Assembly (NCBI GenBank): GCA_037144045.1
Contig: JBAWXN010000001.1
Coordinates: 1,387 to 65,386, forward strand
Source of the DNA: a bacterium
GTDB lineage: Bacteria; Patescibacteriota; Minisyncoccia; Phycocordibacterales; UBA1006
DNA length: 64,000 nucleotides
Direction of reading: 5' to 3'
The position numbers and the translations under genes were made by a program. Below are positions 61,917-64,000 of this stretch, piece by piece. Below the pieces are notes generated by a model, which had not been told where the DNA came from, searched no databases, and saw only the letters and a program-made list of their open reading frames with translations. The number at the start of each line of letters is the position of its first letter. Position 1 is the first letter of the stretch.

Positions 61917-62609
61917 ATGAAAGACTATCCGGCACTCGAAGCACAATTGAATATTACCTTTATAGACAAGAACCTTTTGACACAGGCTTTTTTGCACCGT
62001 TCGTATTTGAACGAAAACAGTGGACTCGGGATGGGGCATAACGAACGCCTTGAATTTTTGGGTGATGCAGTACTAGAACTTGTGGTAACTGACTATTTAT
62101 TTGAAACCTATAAGGAAAAACCAGAAGGGGAACTCACCGCATTTCGTGCGTCACTCGTAAATACGAATACTATTTCCGATGCGGCTAAAAAACTTGGGTT
62201 TGATGAATATCTTTTATTATCAAAAGGTGAATCAAAAGACACAGGAAAAGCGCGGGCATATATCCTCGCAAACACATTTGAAGCATTTACGGGTGCGTTG
62301 TACCTCGATCAAGGATACGATGCTGCGAAGAACTTTATTCATGCGCATTTACTCCCCGAACTCAAAACGATTATTGATCAAGGATTGTGGCGTGATGCTA
62401 AGTCCTATGTTCAAGAAAAATCACAAGAGGTTGAAGGAGTAACCCCGTCATACAAGGTAATGCATGACACGGGTCCTGATCACGATAAGGTGTTTACGGT
62501 TGGTATTTATTTCCGAGACGAGAAAATCGCAGAAGGCAAAGGATCTTCTAAACAAGAAGCAGAAACGGCTGCGGCTCGCAAAGCCCTGGAAGTACGGGGA
62601 TGGAATTAA
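61917..62609 (+). CDS. rnc: ribonuclease III
   Basis: ERLEFLGDAVLELVVTDYLF RNase III signature plus C-terminal dsRBD. Confidence 0.9.
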   Translation: MKDYPALEAQLNITFIDKNLLTQAFLHRSYLNENSGLGMGHNERLEFLGDAVLELVVTDYLFETYKEKPEGELTAFRASLVNTNTISDAAKKLGFDEYLLLSKGESKDTGKARAYILANTFEAFTGALYLDQGYDAAKNFIHAHLLPELKTIIDQGLWRDAKSYVQEKSQEVEGVTPSYKVMHDTGPDHDKVFTVGIYFRDEKIAEGKGSSKQEAETAAARKALEVRGWN

Positions 62610-62617
62610 GTGAAACG

Positions 62618-62645
62618 AAGGGATGCATGCTGCATCCTTTTTTGT
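62618..62645 (+). terminator. intrinsic terminator (aagggatgca-tgc-tgcatcctt + TTTTTT)
   Basis: 9-bp stem, T-run. Confidence 0.6.
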
Positions 62646-62674
62646 TATAATAATCGTATTATTTTATGCACGCT

Positions 62675-64000
62675 ATGACACTGAAACGCCTTGAAATGCA
62701 CGGTTTTAAATCATTTGCCAAGAAGGCGGTTTTTGATTTTTCTGCACCGGTAACAGCAATCGTGGGTCCAAACGGTTCTGGAAAATCAAATGTAGTTGAA
62801 TCAATTCGGTTCGTACTTGGAGAGCAGTCTACAAAGTCACTTCGATCAAAATCAGGAGCAGATCTTATTTTTAAAGGTTCAGGACAAATTGGAAAAATGT
62901 CTCGTGCGAGTGTTTCTATTACGTTTGATAATGCAGGACGTATTTTTTCGCTTCCTACTGTTGAAGACCAAAACCTGTCACTTGATTTTGATGAAATTAC
63001 GATTACTCGTGAAGTGTTCGCCGATGGGGGAAATAAGTATTCTTTGAATGGAAACGAAGTGCGATTAAAAGACATTCATGAATTGATTGCATCAGTGAAT
63101 ATTGGTTCATCAGGACATCACATTATTTCCCAAGGTGAAGCAGATCGGTTGTTGAATTCAAAGCCAGCTGAACGCCGTGAAATGCTTGAAGAATCACTTG
63201 GCTTGAAACTCTATCATTACCGTATCAAGGAGTCTGAACGTAAACTTGAAAAGACTCGCGAACACATGCGTGAAGCTGAATCGATTCGTCGTGAACTTGC
63301 GCCTCATATTAAATTCCTTAAGAAACAAGTTGAAAAAATAGAGAAAGCTCGAGAAATCGAAATTGCACTTCAGGAATTATATGGAACTTATTTGGTACAA
63401 GAACAATCATTACTTGCGCGCAAACAAGGCGAATTACAATTTGAATCAGGACTCCTGGAGCAGCAACTTACTGATGTTGAACAAGAACTCTCACAGGTAG
63501 CGAAAACCGATCATTCTGAAATTCAAAAACTTGAAAACGAAATAAATGAAACGCGGGCATTCCTTCGTGACCTTGCACGTAGTCGCGATGATATTGGTCG
63601 TCAGATGGGACGCGTAGAGGGAATGATTGAATCAGCGACCCGTATTATTCCTGCAAAACAAGGTTCTGTTGCTGTTGCTATGCATGAAATCGAAGCACTC
63701 ATTCATGAACTTGAACAAGGTGTATTTGCGGTTCCTGAAATCATTGCACGATTGAAATCATTTATTGCGAGTAAAAAGGGAAGTCCTGAAACGAAAATCA
63801 CTGTGGATACTTCAGAATTCGAAGCCACGAAACGTGAACTCGACCAGCAAATTGCCGCAATCGATGCGCAGGTAATTGCGAAAGAATCTACAATTCAATT
63901 TTTGGAATCGCAAATTGCGGATGCACGATTGGCTACTGCAGATCGTGAACGTGCATTCTATACCGCTCAAGCTCGTAAAAATGAATTAACCGCAAAGCAG
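62675..64000 (+). CDS. smc: chromosome partition protein SMC, N-terminal part (continues beyond the window)
   Basis: MTLKRLEMHGFKSFAKKAVFDFSAPVTAIVGPNGSGKSNVVESIRFVLGEQS Walker A head, then coiled coil; frame open to nt 64000 (not in the ORF track because no stop is reached). Confidence 0.88.
   Translation, partial: MTLKRLEMHGFKSFAKKAVFDFSAPVTAIVGPNGSGKSNVVESIRFVLGEQSTKSLRSKSGADLIFKGSGQIGKMSRASVSITFDNAGRIFSLPTVEDQNLSLDFDEITITREVFADGGNKYSLNGNEVRLKDIHELIASVNIGSSGHHIISQGEADRLLNSKPAERREMLEESLGLKLYHYRIKESERKLEKTREHMREAESIRRELAPHIKFLKKQVEKIEKAREIEIALQELYGTYLVQEQSLLARKQGELQFESGLLEQQLTDVEQELSQVAKTDHSEIQKLENEINETRAFLRDLARSRDDIGRQMGRVEGMIESATRIIPAKQGSVAVAMHEIEALIHELEQGVFAVPEIIARLKSFIASKKGSPETKITVDTSEFEATKRELDQQIAAIDAQVIAKESTIQFLESQIADARLATADRERAFYTAQARKNELTAKQ

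Noticed and set aside
62659-63075. 138-aa minus-strand ORF and the 83-aa plus-strand ORF at 62796
   Set aside because: Both overlap the open reading frame of smc (frame open from 62675 to the window end with a Walker A head domain); the smc frame is the real gene
1-64000. Alternative genetic code (UGA recoding, as in some CPR/Gracilibacteria)
   Set aside because: RF2 (SPF motif) is encoded and UGA terminates at least one well-supported gene (52421-52714, followed by a terminator); all conserved genes translate full-length in code 11
1-64000. CRISPR arrays, integrases, transposases or IS elements
   Set aside because: No short regularly spaced direct repeats, no DDE/tyrosine-recombinase-like ORFs found on either strand

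Overview
This 64 kb window is mostly core housekeeping DNA from a small-genome, moderately AT-rich bacterium that uses the standard genetic code (RF2 is present and TGA is used as a stop codon). Its gene content and organisation (no Shine-Dalgarno motifs, many genes starting ATGGCA, secretin-less type IV pilus/competence locus with ComFC, many small hypothetical proteins) would fit a Patescibacteria/CPR-like monoderm, but that lineage assignment is inference. The clearest genes are: tuf; a fragmented S10/spc ribosomal-protein cluster (rpsJ-rplC-rplD-rplW | rplB | rpsS-rplV-rpsC-rplP-rpsQ-rplN-rplX-rplE); an out-of-place rpsL-rpsG-fusA unit; a complete type IV pilus/competence locus (comFC, pilMNO, pilB, pilT, pilC, four pilins, pilD, four minor pilins); ligA, gatC, gatA; five tRNAs; radC, a Ham1-family pyrophosphatase, a GT2 glycosyltransferase, a methyltransferase, prfB, gyrA, rnhB, rpmF, a NusB-NUDIX fusion, rnc and the 5' part of smc. 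The most unusual features are accessory insertions that break the otherwise near-universal ribosomal-protein operon, each bounded by intrinsic terminators. One is an orphan MazF/PemK-like toxin gene between rplW and rplB. Another is a three-gene island between rplB and rpsS (a Cys-rich secreted protein, a flotillin with five tandem N-terminal repeats, and an HTH/acidic-repeat protein). A third is a giant beta-helix/GEVED/peptidoglycan-binding surface protein island after rplE. Other features worth a second look are three paralogous secreted proteins with phage-tail-fibre-type Peptidase_S74 intramolecular-chaperone C-termini, tandem pilin paralogs with a gene-conversion signature, and a duplicated two-gene micro-module inside the pilus locus. 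There is also a leaderless micro-ORF with a consensus promoter and terminator. No CRISPR array, integrase or transposase was seen.
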